Shown here: piece by piece, positions 7,162 to 15,743 of the stretch
Layout of the letters: every line of letters begins with the position of its first letter
How positions within the stretch are numbered: the stretch's first letter is position 1
The notes under the pieces: generated by a model
What the model was told of the DNA's origin: nothing
Databases searched by the model: none
What the model saw: only the letters and a program-made list of their open reading frames with translations
Made by a program: the position numbers and the translations under genes
NCBI GenBank assembly: GCA_035636055.1
Contig: DASPZW010000310.1
Location: 1 to 31,113, forward strand
Source of the DNA: Actinomycetota bacterium
Lineage (GTDB): Bacteria; Actinomycetota; CADDZG01; JAHWKV01; JAOPZY01
Direction: 5' to 3'
DNA length: 31,113 nucleotides

Positions 7162-8682
7162 CTACGCCACATCGTCCCGGGCCAGCGCCGTGGCAGGTTC
7201 CAGGCCGAGGGCGCTTCCCATCGTGGCCCGCTGCACGGCGCTCCCGAGCGCCACCAGCAGGTCCTCCCGCCACGGGGGAGCCACGAGCTGGATGGCGTAG
7301 GGCAGCCCGCGCACGAAGCCACACGGCACCGAGATCGCTGGGAACCCCGTGAGCGACCACAGGGTGGTGGTGCGGGACAGGATCACCAGGTAGCGGGCGA
7401 AGTCCTCCACCAGGGGCGCAACGACCGGCACCGTCGGCATCGCCAGGATGTCGTGGTGCTCGAACGATGCGAGCAGGTCCTCGGTCATGTCGGCCCGCAT
7501 GCGCTGGGCGTCGAGGTAGTCCATGGCACGAATGCCCTCGGCCGCGCCGAGCTGGTCGGCGACCTCCTCCCAGTACTGCGAGCGGTCGGCACCGAGGCCC
7601 CGGTGGAACGTGGCGGCCTCGCAGCGGCTCACGATCATCCCGACGGCGTTGGCGCTGTCGAGGTCCTCGGCCGACGGCCGGGAGGCCGTGCGCACCGTGC
7701 ACCCCAGGCCCTCCGCCATGGCGAGCGCTGCCCGCACGCCCACCGCAACCTCGTGGTCGGCGCAGTCGAAGGTCGACTCGGGTACCCCGATGCGCAGGCC
7801 CGCAACTGGTGACCCGACCCAGGGCCGGAGCCGGCTGCGACCGGCAGTGAGCACGTCGAGGAACGCCGCGGCGTCGCCCACGGTCCTGGTCAGGGGCCCC
7901 ACGTGGTCCATGGTCCAGGAGTTCGGGACGATGCCGCTCGTGGGGACGGCCCCGAATGTCGGCTTGAACCCCACGACCCCGCAGAAGGCTGCGGGTACCC
8001 GGATGGACGCCCGGGTGTCGGTGGCGAGCGACCCCAGTCCCATCCCGGTCGACACCGCGATCGCGGAGCCACCACTCGAGCCCCCCGGGATGCGGCACTC
8101 GTCGTGGGGGTTGCGGCTCTGCGGGGTGGTGACGCCGAGCGCGAACTCGTGCGTCGAGACCTTGGCGAGGATGACGGCGCCACCGGCCCGCAGCCGGGCG
8201 ACCGCCTCGGAGTCGGCGTCGGGGACCTCCTCGAAGACGGCGGACCCCGCACGCGTCGGCGCTCCCGCCACGTGGATGATGTCCTTCACCGTCACCGGGA
8301 TGCCGTGGAGCGGCCCGCGGTCGCGTCCTGCGGCAAGCTCGGCGTCCCAGGCGTCTGCCGCGTCCAGGGCCTCGCCGCCCATGAGGTGAACGACGGCGCT
8401 GAGCTGGGGGTCGCGCCGGGCGATGGCGTCGATGGCCCGCTCGACGAGGTGCCGGCTCGTCGTGTGCCCACGCCGCAGGTCGTCGGCCGCGGCCGCGATG
8501 CTGCCCCGCTCGCGCCGGAGCGCGCCGTCCGGTCCCGGCGGGACCGCCCTGCCCGCGTCGGGACCTCCGGGAGGCCGGTAGTCGAAGGCAGGCGGCCGTT
8601 CCCGGCGAGACGGGCGGTAGCCGGCGATCGCCACCAACGCCGCGTTGACCGCCTCCCTACCCCGGCTACCCGGGGGCTTCAC
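7162..8682 (-). CDS. Amidase-signature family enzyme (GatA/AtzE/AtzF-like), candidate allophanate or ureide hydrolase
   Basis: GPLHGIPVTVKD (Lys), PGGSSGGSA (cis-Ser), ATDTRASIRVPA (nucleophile Ser), GFKPTFG. Start set at GTG 8682, 7 bp after the biuH stop, with GAGGG upstream. Confidence 0.85.
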   Translation of the reverse strand: MKPPGSRGREAVNAALVAIAGYRPSRRERPPAFDYRPPGGPDAGRAVPPGPDGALRRERGSIAAAADDLRRGHTTSRHLVERAIDAIARRDPQLSAVVHLMGGEALDAADAWDAELAAGRDRGPLHGIPVTVKDIIHVAGAPTRAGSAVFEEVPDADSEAVARLRAGGAVILAKVSTHEFALGVTTPQSRNPHDECRIPGGSSGGSAIAVSTGMGLGSLATDTRASIRVPAAFCGVVGFKPTFGAVPTSGIVPNSWTMDHVGPLTRTVGDAAAFLDVLTAGRSRLRPWVGSPVAGLRIGVPESTFDCADHEVAVGVRAALAMAEGLGCTVRTASRPSAEDLDSANAVGMIVSRCEAATFHRGLGADRSQYWEEVADQLGAAEGIRAMDYLDAQRMRADMTEDLLASFEHHDILAMPTVPVVAPLVEDFARYLVILSRTTTLWSLTGFPAISVPCGFVRGLPYAIQLVAPPWREDLLVALGSAVQRATMGSALGLEPATALARDDVA

Positions 8683-8689
8683 GTGGCCC

Positions 8690-9379
8690 TCAAGCGGGTG
8701 ACAGCGCCGCCAGAAGGGCATCGGAGTGGGCGACGGCGCCGAACACCCCGCCCTGCATCTTGACCATCTGCAGCGCGGCGAGGTAGTTGCTGTAATCGGT
8801 GGCGCCGGTGCAGTCTTCCAGCAAGAGGCACTCGTAGCCCCGATCGTTGGCCTCCCGCATCGTGGTGTGCACGCAGACGTCCGTCGTGATGCCGGTGAAG
8901 ATCAGGTGGGTGATGCCCCGTGTCCGCAGCATCAGGTCCAGCTCGGTGGCGTAGAACGAGCCCTTGCCGGGCTTGTCGATGATCACCTCGCCCTCGATGG
9001 GGTAGACCTCGGGCACGATGTCCCAGCCCGGCTGGCCCCGGACGAGGATCCGCCCGCACGGGCCGGCATCGCCGATCCCCGCGCCGATGCGCTTGGAACG
9101 CCACAGCTTGTTCGGGGGGCAGTCCACGAGGTCGGGCAGGTGGCCCTCCCGGGTGTGCACCACCATGAAGCCTCGTTCCCGCACCGCGGCGAGCACCGCG
9201 GCCGTCGGCTCCAGGCCCGCCCGGGTCAGCTTCAGGTCGTAGCCCATGAAGTCCACGTAGCCGCCCGGCCCGCAGAAGTCCGTCTGCCAGTCGATGCAGA
9301 TCAGCGCAGTGTGCGCCGGGTCGATGGCCCCGTCGTAGGGCCAGGGGTAGGGATCGGCCTCGACCGCTCCGTAGATCAT
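8690..9379 (-). CDS. biuH: Biuret hydrolase (isochorismatase-like cysteine hydrolase)
   Basis: Follows the BiuH pattern along its length: [87 protein letters not shown]. Asp-Lys-Cys triad intact. ATG 9379 overlaps the upstream stop (ATGA) and has an AAGGAG RBS. Confidence 0.88.
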   Translation of the reverse strand: MIYGAVEADPYPWPYDGAIDPAHTALICIDWQTDFCGPGGYVDFMGYDLKLTRAGLEPTAAVLAAVRERGFMVVHTREGHLPDLVDCPPNKLWRSKRIGAGIGDAGPCGRILVRGQPGWDIVPEVYPIEGEVIIDKPGKGSFYATELDLMLRTRGITHLIFTGITTDVCVHTTMREANDRGYECLLLEDCTGATDYSNYLAALQMVKMQGGVFGAVAHSDALLAALSPA

Positions 9380-9993
9380 GCCGTCTCCTTTCGCAGTTGT
9401 GGCCTTCCTGCCAGCGCGGCGCAGAGCGCCGTGCTCGTACCGACGGCCCCGAAGATGCCGCCCGACATCGTGATGCTGGAGACCGCCCGCTCGGCGACGG
9501 CCGGTTCGTGTGGCGCGCTTGCGTCGATCAGCGCCAGGCACTCGTACCCACGGTCGTTGGCGCCGGTCATCGTCGAGTAGACGGCGGTCTCGAACCCCAG
9601 GCCACCGATCGCCAGCGTGTCGCGGTCCAGCGACCGGAGGTCGGCGTCGAGGCTGCTGCCGAAGAACGCGTCGACGCCGGAGGCATCCACCACGACGTCG
9701 CCGCGCACCCGGGTGGTCACCGGCTCCCAGCCCACCTCACCGGGACGGGGCAGGAGGCTCCGCCGCCGTGCGGGCCCGGTGGGCCGGCCGTGCCGGACGA
9801 GCACGACCAGCCCCCCCGCGTCCCTCACCGCCCTGGCGGTGCGGTCCAGCGCCGCCAGGGCACGTTCGACCTCCGACGTGCGGTCGGCCCACCAGCGCTG
9901 GCAGCCGACGGCCACCAGGGCAAGCCGGGACGGGTCAAGCGGGCCGTCCCATGGCCATGGATACGGTGCGGTGCCTTCGACCTCGTCCCTCAT
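9376..9993 (-). CDS. Catalytically dead BiuH/isochorismatase-like paralogue
   Basis: Aligns by eye to the adjacent BiuH ([26 protein letters not shown]), but the triad positions read Gly (AVGCQ), Ala (DASG) and Ala (ETAV). Intact 205-codon frame, RBS, coupled stop. Start ATG 9993 or TTG 9999. Confidence 0.85.
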   Translation of the reverse strand: MRDEVEGTAPYPWPWDGPLDPSRLALVAVGCQRWWADRTSEVERALAALDRTARAVRDAGGLVVLVRHGRPTGPARRRSLLPRPGEVGWEPVTTRVRGDVVVDASGVDAFFGSSLDADLRSLDRDTLAIGGLGFETAVYSTMTGANDRGYECLALIDASAPHEPAVAERAVSSITMSGGIFGAVGTSTALCAALAGRPQLRKETA

Positions 9994-10042
9994 GGGCAAT
10001 CACCCTTCCTCGATCCGCAGATCCTTCAGACCCGTCGGTTGG

Positions 10043-11215
10043 TCAGGACTTCGGGATCTGGCCGACGATGCCCTGCACGAACGTGGTCAGGTTCTCGATC
10101 GTGGCGTAGTCGGGCACCTTCCCCGCTTCGAACCCGGGGATGACCGAGCCGCTCTGGTCCATGACCGGTCCCTTGAAGGGGGAAAAGTCAGCCTTGGCCA
10201 GGTTGGCCTTGGCCGTGGCCATGAGCGTCTTGGTCTCGTCGGTCACGGAGGGTCCGAACTTCGACTGCACGAACGGGTTGTCGCCGGTCTTGTAGCCGAC
10301 CCGGTAGTTGGCGTTGTACTTGCTGCCGGTGAAGTTGCCCGCCAGGATCGTCTTGACGATGTCGGTGTAGAGCGGGCCCCAGTTCCACTCCGACCCGGTC
10401 AGCCAGCCCTTGGGGGCGAGCGCGGAGGCGTCGGCGTGATAGCCGACCGAGTACTTGCCCGCCGCCTCGGTCGCCTTGATGATGGTGGCCGTGCAGTCCT
10501 GGTGCTGGGTGATGACGTCGACGCCCTGGGACAGCAGGTTGTTGGCGGCCAGCGTCTGCTTGCCCGGGTCGCACCATGCCGACGTGTTGACCACGACGGT
10601 TTTGGCTGCCGGGTTCACCGACTGTGCCCCGAGCTCGAAGGCATCGATGTTGTCGATCGACTGCGAGATGGGGAAGGCGTAGACGTAGCCCAGCTTGTTG
10701 GTCTTCGTTGCCTTCCCCGCTGCGATGCCCGCCAGGTAGACCGGCTCGTACACCGTGCCGAAGTAGGTCCCCATGTTCTTCGGCGCGACCGTGCCGGTGA
10801 TGATGTTGCCCTGCTGCACGACGACCACGTCGGGATGCGCCGCCGCGACCTGCTCGGCGGGGTTCAGGTGCCCGTAGGAGGTGGCGAAGATGATCTTTGC
10901 CCCCTGGCTCACCATGCTGTTCATGACCCGGGTGGCGTTGTCGTCCTCGGGCACGTTCTCAGCGGTCAGCACCTTGAGGTTGGGGAACGCCGCCTTCACG
11001 GCCTGGCTGCCGTCATAGGCGGCCTGGTTGTACCCGTAGTCGTTCTTCGGGCCGACGAAGATGAACCCGACGGCGGTCCCGCCGAGGCCCGGCGCCGCGG
11101 TGCTGCCGGAACTGCCCGTGGGCGCGGCCGTCCCGGCCGTCGTGTTGCTTGAACACGCTGCCCCCAACAGGGCGACCGCTGCGCCCACTGCTGCCATCAT
11201 TCGTCTTGCTCTCAT
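10043..11215 (-). CDS. BMP-family ABC transporter substrate-binding lipoprotein
   Basis: Lipobox LLGAAC; GFIFVGPKNDYGYNQA, IIFATSYG, IDAFELGA, DVITQHQD and GSEWNW motifs typical of BMP/PnrA-like proteins. Confidence 0.92.
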   Translation of the reverse strand: MRARRMMAAVGAAVALLGAACSSNTTAGTAAPTGSSGSTAAPGLGGTAVGFIFVGPKNDYGYNQAAYDGSQAVKAAFPNLKVLTAENVPEDDNATRVMNSMVSQGAKIIFATSYGHLNPAEQVAAAHPDVVVVQQGNIITGTVAPKNMGTYFGTVYEPVYLAGIAAGKATKTNKLGYVYAFPISQSIDNIDAFELGAQSVNPAAKTVVVNTSAWCDPGKQTLAANNLLSQGVDVITQHQDCTATIIKATEAAGKYSVGYHADASALAPKGWLTGSEWNWGPLYTDIVKTILAGNFTGSKYNANYRVGYKTGDNPFVQSKFGPSVTDETKTLMATAKANLAKADFSPFKGPVMDQSGSVIPGFEAGKVPDYATIENLTTFVQGIVGQIPKS

Positions 11216-11269
11216 GCCGCTGTTCCTCCCCCTTGGTTCTGCGTGATGTTCTGCGTGAACGAAGACCTG

Positions 11270-12187
11270 CTATCGGACCGGTGCGTTCGCCAGGGTGCGG
11301 ATCAGGCCCTCCGGTGCGGCGTGCAGCCGCTTGCGGGAGAGGACCACCAGCACCAGGACGGTGATGACGTAGGGAAGGGCGTCGAGGGCGAACTGGTTCA
11401 GGGCGTAGCCCCGGGCCTGCAGTGCCGGCGACAGTGCCAGGGCGGCACCGAAGAGGTACGCCCCGGCGATGGCCTTCAGCGGGTCCCAGGCGGCGAAGAT
11501 CACCAGGGCCACCGCGATGAATCCCCGCCCTGCCGTCATCCCCTCGAACCATGAGTTGGTGTAGGCGGTGGACAGCTGGGCCCCACCGACGCCGGCCAGC
11601 GCCCCGCCGGCGACGACCGCCAGGTACTGGATCGTTTTCGGGGAGTAGCCGTAGGCGGCCAGCACCTCGCCGCGCTCGCCGGCCCCCCGGATGAGGAGAC
11701 CCCAGCGGCTACGGAACAGCAGCCACCAGATGGCCGGGGCCATCAGGAACGAGAGGTACGTGAGCGCGTCGTGGTCGAAGAGGACCTTGCCGAGGCCCGG
11801 GATCTTCGACAGGCCCGGGAGCGCGATCGGGGTGAAGGCGTTGATGGTCCGGCTGACGAAGCTCCCCCCGAACAGTGAGGTGATGCCGAGGCCGACGAAG
11901 AGCATGACGAGTCCGGACGCCAACTGGCTCGCCTTGCGCTCGATGACGAGCATGGCGTGAAGGGCGGCGAGTGCACCCCCGGCCCCCGCGCCGGCGACAA
12001 CGCCGAACCACGGGTTGCCCGTCATGGCGGCCACCGCGTAGCCGGTGAGGGCGCCGACGAGCATGCAGCCCTCGGTGCCCAGGTTGATGACGCCGGCACG
12101 CTCCGAGATCGTCTCCCCGAGGGCGGCGTAGAGGATCGAGGTCCCACCGCCGACGGCGCCGGCCGCAACATCCAGGACGAGGCTCAT
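11270..12187 (-). CDS. ABC transporter permease (BMP/nucleoside type)
   Basis: GETISERAGVINLGTEG, RGAGE, MTAGRGFIAVALVIF and LPYVIT motifs; multiple TM segments; ATGA overlap. Confidence 0.93.
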   Translation of the reverse strand: MSLVLDVAAGAVGGGTSILYAALGETISERAGVINLGTEGCMLVGALTGYAVAAMTGNPWFGVVAGAGAGGALAALHAMLVIERKASQLASGLVMLFVGLGITSLFGGSFVSRTINAFTPIALPGLSKIPGLGKVLFDHDALTYLSFLMAPAIWWLLFRSRWGLLIRGAGERGEVLAAYGYSPKTIQYLAVVAGGALAGVGGAQLSTAYTNSWFEGMTAGRGFIAVALVIFAAWDPLKAIAGAYLFGAALALSPALQARGYALNQFALDALPYVITVLVLVVLSRKRLHAAPEGLIRTLANAPVR

Positions 12188-13254
12188 GCGGCCACCGCCT
12201 TCCTGCGCAGTTCCCAGCCGCCCATGACGGCGACGAGCACGAGGCCCATGAGGACGTTGACCGTGGCGGCCGGAAGACCCGAATTGATCTGGAGGCTGTC
12301 TCCGGCCACGGCGATCGACGCCAGCAGGAGCGCCGCGATTGCCACATTGATCGGCTTATGGCGGGCGAGCCAACTCGCCAGGAAGGCGATGTAGCCGAGG
12401 TTCGCCGTCATGCCGGCCCGCAGCTGCAGCTCGGCGCCGGCGAAGTGCACCATGCCGCCCAGGCCGGCGAGCGCCCCACCGACCAGCATGGCCGACAGGA
12501 GCAGCTTGTTCACCGGCAGGCCGGCCCGGCGGGCCGCCTCGCTGTTGCCGCCGACCACGCGGAGGCGGAAGCCCCACGACGTCCGCTCCATCAGGAACCA
12601 GATCACCAGGGTGGCGATGATGGCGATGAAGATGCCGACGTGGACCTGCGTGCCACCGACCAGCGGCAGCCGGGCGGGCACGGCGAGCTGCCGGGTCACC
12701 GGCTGCCCCGATCCGTGCGGGTCCTTCCAGGGCTGGTAGATGAGGTACAGCAGGATGTCGATGGCCACGTAGTTGAGGAGCAGCGTGCTGATGGCCTCGT
12801 TGACCCGCAACGTCAGGCGAAGCACGCCGGCGATGCCGGCCCAGATGGCCCCGGCCGCCGCACCCGCCAGGAGCATCAGGATGATGACCATGCCACCGGA
12901 CACGTGGGTGTCGAGCGCAAGTCCCACCCCGCCGGCGGCCACCGCTCCGATGACGATCTGCCCCTCACCGCCGACGTTCACCAGCCCCGCCCGGGCCGGC
13001 ACCGCGACGGCAAGGGCGGCCAGGATGAGCGGGCAGGCCTTGACCAGGACGCCGGCCACCGAGTTGGAGTTGAAGAACGTCGACCGGACCATGTCCGAGT
13101 AGACCGTCAGGGGGTTGGCCCCCTTCGCGATGACGAACGCCCCGAAGACCGTCAGTGCCCCGACGAACGCCAGGGCAAGGCGTCCCGCTTCACGGCCGGC
13201 AGACCGCAGCTTCGGTGGACGCAACGCCGAACTGATGACTCTAATGCTCCCCAC
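12184..13254 (-). CDS. ABC transporter permease (BMP/nucleoside type)
   Basis: AGLVNVGGEGQ, NEAISTLLLNY, GFRLRVVGGNSEAARRAG motifs; multiple TM segments. Start approximate. Confidence 0.92.
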   Translation of the reverse strand: MGSIRVISSALRPPKLRSAGREAGRLALAFVGALTVFGAFVIAKGANPLTVYSDMVRSTFFNSNSVAGVLVKACPLILAALAVAVPARAGLVNVGGEGQIVIGAVAAGGVGLALDTHVSGGMVIILMLLAGAAAGAIWAGIAGVLRLTLRVNEAISTLLLNYVAIDILLYLIYQPWKDPHGSGQPVTRQLAVPARLPLVGGTQVHVGIFIAIIATLVIWFLMERTSWGFRLRVVGGNSEAARRAGLPVNKLLLSAMLVGGALAGLGGMVHFAGAELQLRAGMTANLGYIAFLASWLARHKPINVAIAALLLASIAVAGDSLQINSGLPAATVNVLMGLVLVAVMGGWELRRKAVAA

Positions 13255-14794
13255 CTCCCCCCAGCATCAGCCGACCGATTTCGTAACGGTCGGTTTCTTT
13301 TGGCACGACCACCCCCGCCACCGAGCCGCTGTGCAGCACGGCGATGCGGTCGGACAGTTCCATCAGTTCGTCGAGGTCCTCGGAGATGAACAGGACCCCG
13401 GCCCCGGCCGCCCGTTGCTCGAGCAGGAGCTCCTGGGTGCGGCGCGTGGTGGCGACGTCGAGGGCCCGGCTCGGGTAGGCGGCGGCGACGAAGGGCCCCG
13501 GCGTGGCGAGGGCCCGGGTCAGCATGACCCGCTGGATGTTCCCGCCGGAGAGGTCGGCCAGCGTGCGTTCCGCACCCTGCATCCGCAGCTGGGCCTTCTC
13601 CTCCAACGATCCGAGGCTGTCCCGCACCGACTTCCAGTCGATGCCGAGCCCTTTGCGGAAGCTCTTGAGATTGGCGAGGGCCATGTGCTCGGCGACGCTG
13701 AGGCCCGGTACGACGGCGTCGGCGACCGGGTCCTCCGGCACCCCAACCGCACCGGCCTCGATGGCCGCCACCGGGCCGGACACCTCGGTGCTGCCGATCT
13801 TCACCGAGCCGGTGACGGCGGGGCGCAGCCCCAGTGCCACCTCGTAGAGCTCACGCTGCCCGTTGCCCGACACGCCCGCGATGCCCAGGATCTCGCCCTT
13901 GCGGACGGACAGCGTCACGTCCGTCAGCGCAAGCTGTCCGCGATCGCCCTTGACCGAGACGCCTTTGAGCTCCAGGGCGGTGGCGGCGTCGGGCGGCGTA
14001 GCGGGGCGCTCCGCCGGGAGAGCCGGGACGCTCCGCCCGACCATGGCGTCGACAAGCTCGCCGTCGCTCATGGGGGCGGGGTCCACGGCCGAGAGGATCA
14101 CCCTGCCGCCCCGCAGCACCGTGACCCGGTCGCAGATGGCCCTGGCCTCGTGGAGCTTGTGGGTGATGATGATCACCGAGAGGCCCTGGGAGCGCAGCTT
14201 GTCCAAGCCGACGAAAAGGGTGTCGACCTCCTGGGGAGCCAGGACACTCGTCGGTTCGTCGAGGATCAGCAGCTTGGCGCCGGCCATGAGGGCCTTCAGG
14301 ATCTCGACCCGTTGCCGCTCGCCGATGGACAGGGTCCGGACGAGTGCGTCGGGTTCCGCGGCGAGGCCGTAGCGCTCGGCCGCCTCGACGATCTGGCGCG
14401 AGACCTTGCCCCGGTCGAGGCGCGGGCCCTTGAGGGGCAACCCCAGGGCGATGTTCTCGGCGACCGTGAACGCCGGGATGAGGCGCAGGTCCTGGAACAC
14501 CATGCCGATGCCGAGCCTCCGGGCGATGGCGGGCGAGTCGATGCACACCTTTTCGCCCTCGAAGTGCATCTGCCCTTCATCGGGGTGGTAGACGCCGTAC
14601 ACCAGCTTCATGAGCGTGCTCTTGCCGGCCCCGTTCTCGCCGAGCACGGCGTGGATCTCGGCATGCTGGACCAGGAAGGTGACGCTGTCGTTGGCGACGA
14701 CCTGGCCGAACCGGCACGTGAGGCCCTCGACCGCCAGCAGTGGTGTTCCGGACCGGGTGGGCCTGACTTCCGTGGCGACGGTGCTCAAGGTCAC
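13241..14794 (-). CDS. ABC transporter ATP-binding protein with two fused NBDs (CUT2 type)
   Basis: Walker A GENGAGKS, LSIGERQRVE, LILDEPT; second degenerate NBD (GVSGNGQ, LSGGNIQR). Real start GTG 14794 overlaps the GntR stop and has a GGAAAGGA RBS; the track ORF start at 15322 is over-extended. Confidence 0.93.
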   Translation of the reverse strand: MTLSTVATEVRPTRSGTPLLAVEGLTCRFGQVVANDSVTFLVQHAEIHAVLGENGAGKSTLMKLVYGVYHPDEGQMHFEGEKVCIDSPAIARRLGIGMVFQDLRLIPAFTVAENIALGLPLKGPRLDRGKVSRQIVEAAERYGLAAEPDALVRTLSIGERQRVEILKALMAGAKLLILDEPTSVLAPQEVDTLFVGLDKLRSQGLSVIIITHKLHEARAICDRVTVLRGGRVILSAVDPAPMSDGELVDAMVGRSVPALPAERPATPPDAATALELKGVSVKGDRGQLALTDVTLSVRKGEILGIAGVSGNGQRELYEVALGLRPAVTGSVKIGSTEVSGPVAAIEAGAVGVPEDPVADAVVPGLSVAEHMALANLKSFRKGLGIDWKSVRDSLGSLEEKAQLRMQGAERTLADLSGGNIQRVMLTRALATPGPFVAAAYPSRALDVATTRRTQELLLEQRAAGAGVLFISEDLDELMELSDRIAVLHSGSVAGVVVPKETDRYEIGRLMLGGGGEH

Positions 14795-15504
14795 CGATCC
14801 TTTCCGGCGGCGGCCGGTGATTCCGGCCGGGCCGCCAGGTCGCTGTCGCGGGCAAGGATGCGGGCGAGCGCGCGGGCCGCGGCCTCCCGCACGAAGCTCT
14901 GGCTCTCCTGGATGTGGGCGGACAGGCGCTCCACGGCCAGCTCCGGGTCGCCCTTCCGGACGGCCAGCAGGATCCCCCGGTGCTGCCGGTAGGTCTGGGA
15001 GATGCGCTTGGGCGTCAGGAAGTCGTTGGTGCGGATAACCCGGATGTGCTCGTCGATCGAGCACAGCATCGTGTACAGGGTCTTGTTGCCGGCGAGCCGG
15101 GCCAGGGTCTCGTGGAACGCCTCGTCGGCGTGGACCATGTCGGGATCCGGCACGAGGGCCGTTCCCTTGGGTTGCTGCCAGGCCTTGAGCAGCTCGTCGA
15201 TCTCGGGATCGACCGGCGCCGCCGCCAGCCGCCGCACCGCGGCCTGCTCGAGGGAGAGGCGCACCTCGTAGAGCTCTTCCATCCGCGGGAGGTCGGGCTT
15301 GCGCACCCGGTAACCCGTCCACCCCTCGGTGTCCTCGAGAAACCCCTCCTGCTCCAGCCGGCGGAGGGCGTCACGCACGGGGGTCCGGCTCACGCCGAAC
15401 TCGGCGGCGAGGGCCTCCTCGCCCATGCGCTGACCGGGGAGGTACTCCCACAGCGTGAGGCGACGCTTGAGTTCGTGATGCACGCGATCGCTGAGCAGGG
15501 TCAT
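14791..15504 (-). CDS. GntR-family regulator, FCD subfamily
   Basis: wHTH (GEEALAAEFGVSRTPVRDALRRLEQEG) and FCD domain (ELYEVRLSLE, ADEAFH, H...H). Start ATG 15504 (AAGGTGG upstream) or 15519. Confidence 0.93.
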   Translation of the reverse strand: MTLLSDRVHHELKRRLTLWEYLPGQRMGEEALAAEFGVSRTPVRDALRRLEQEGFLEDTEGWTGYRVRKPDLPRMEELYEVRLSLEQAAVRRLAAAPVDPEIDELLKAWQQPKGTALVPDPDMVHADEAFHETLARLAGNKTLYTMLCSIDEHIRVIRTNDFLTPKRISQTYRQHRGILLAVRKGDPELAVERLSAHIQESQSFVREAAARALARILARDSDLAARPESPAAAGKDR

Positions 15505-15512
15505 GGGGCCAC

Positions 15513-15548
15513 CTTGCATACGAATCTGGATACAGACTTGGATACGGG
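15513..15548. promoter_or_regulatory. Three 12-bp-phased direct repeats TG(C/G)ATAC, candidate GntR operator
   Basis: TGCATAC at 15515, TGGATAC at 15527 and 15539, directly upstream of the GntR gene and downstream (minus strand) of a -10-like TAACCT at 15558-15563. Confidence 0.6.
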
Positions 15549-15667
15549 ACCAGCCCTAGGTTAGGGACCAAGAATTTCCAACCGGTTACGGAGCCGTGAA
15601 CCTTTGATTACGTCATCGGGTTTGGCGTTTGTGCACCGGCTCGGCTGGGAACAGGGTCGGCTCCCGC

Positions 15668-15703
15668 CGGCCCCCCTCGGCCCCGTCGGCCCCGTCGGCC
15701 CCT
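15668..15703. repeat. Short tandem repeat, about four degenerate 9-bp units (cggccccgt)
   Basis: cggcccccct cggccccgt cggccccgt cggcccct, seen directly upstream of the ABC ATPase. Confidence 0.6.
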
Positions 15704-15743
15704 CGCTCCCCGCGGCAGCCCGGCGTCGTGGCATGCTGGGCGC

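Noticed and set aside
8690-9379. Guanylurea hydrolase or generic isochorismatase call
   Set aside because: The sequence follows BiuH throughout and has Gln in KMQGG, the biuret-type residue as I recall it.
9376-9993. Calling the gene upstream of biuH triuret hydrolase (trtA)
   Set aside because: The position fits, but the Asp, Lys and Cys catalytic residues are all absent, so it cannot be a functional cysteine hydrolase.
14795-15322. Apparent long N-terminal extensions in the ORF track (ABC ATPase from 15322, M20 from 16004, GH130 from 24201, biuH from 9541, regulator from 4305)
   Set aside because: Each has a better downstream start with an RBS and/or 4-bp overlap; the extensions are out-of-frame readings of neighbouring genes, not fusions.
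15561-15580. TTAGGGACC, resembling half of a DosR/DevR box
   Set aside because: The other half-site does not match; one half-site is not enough.
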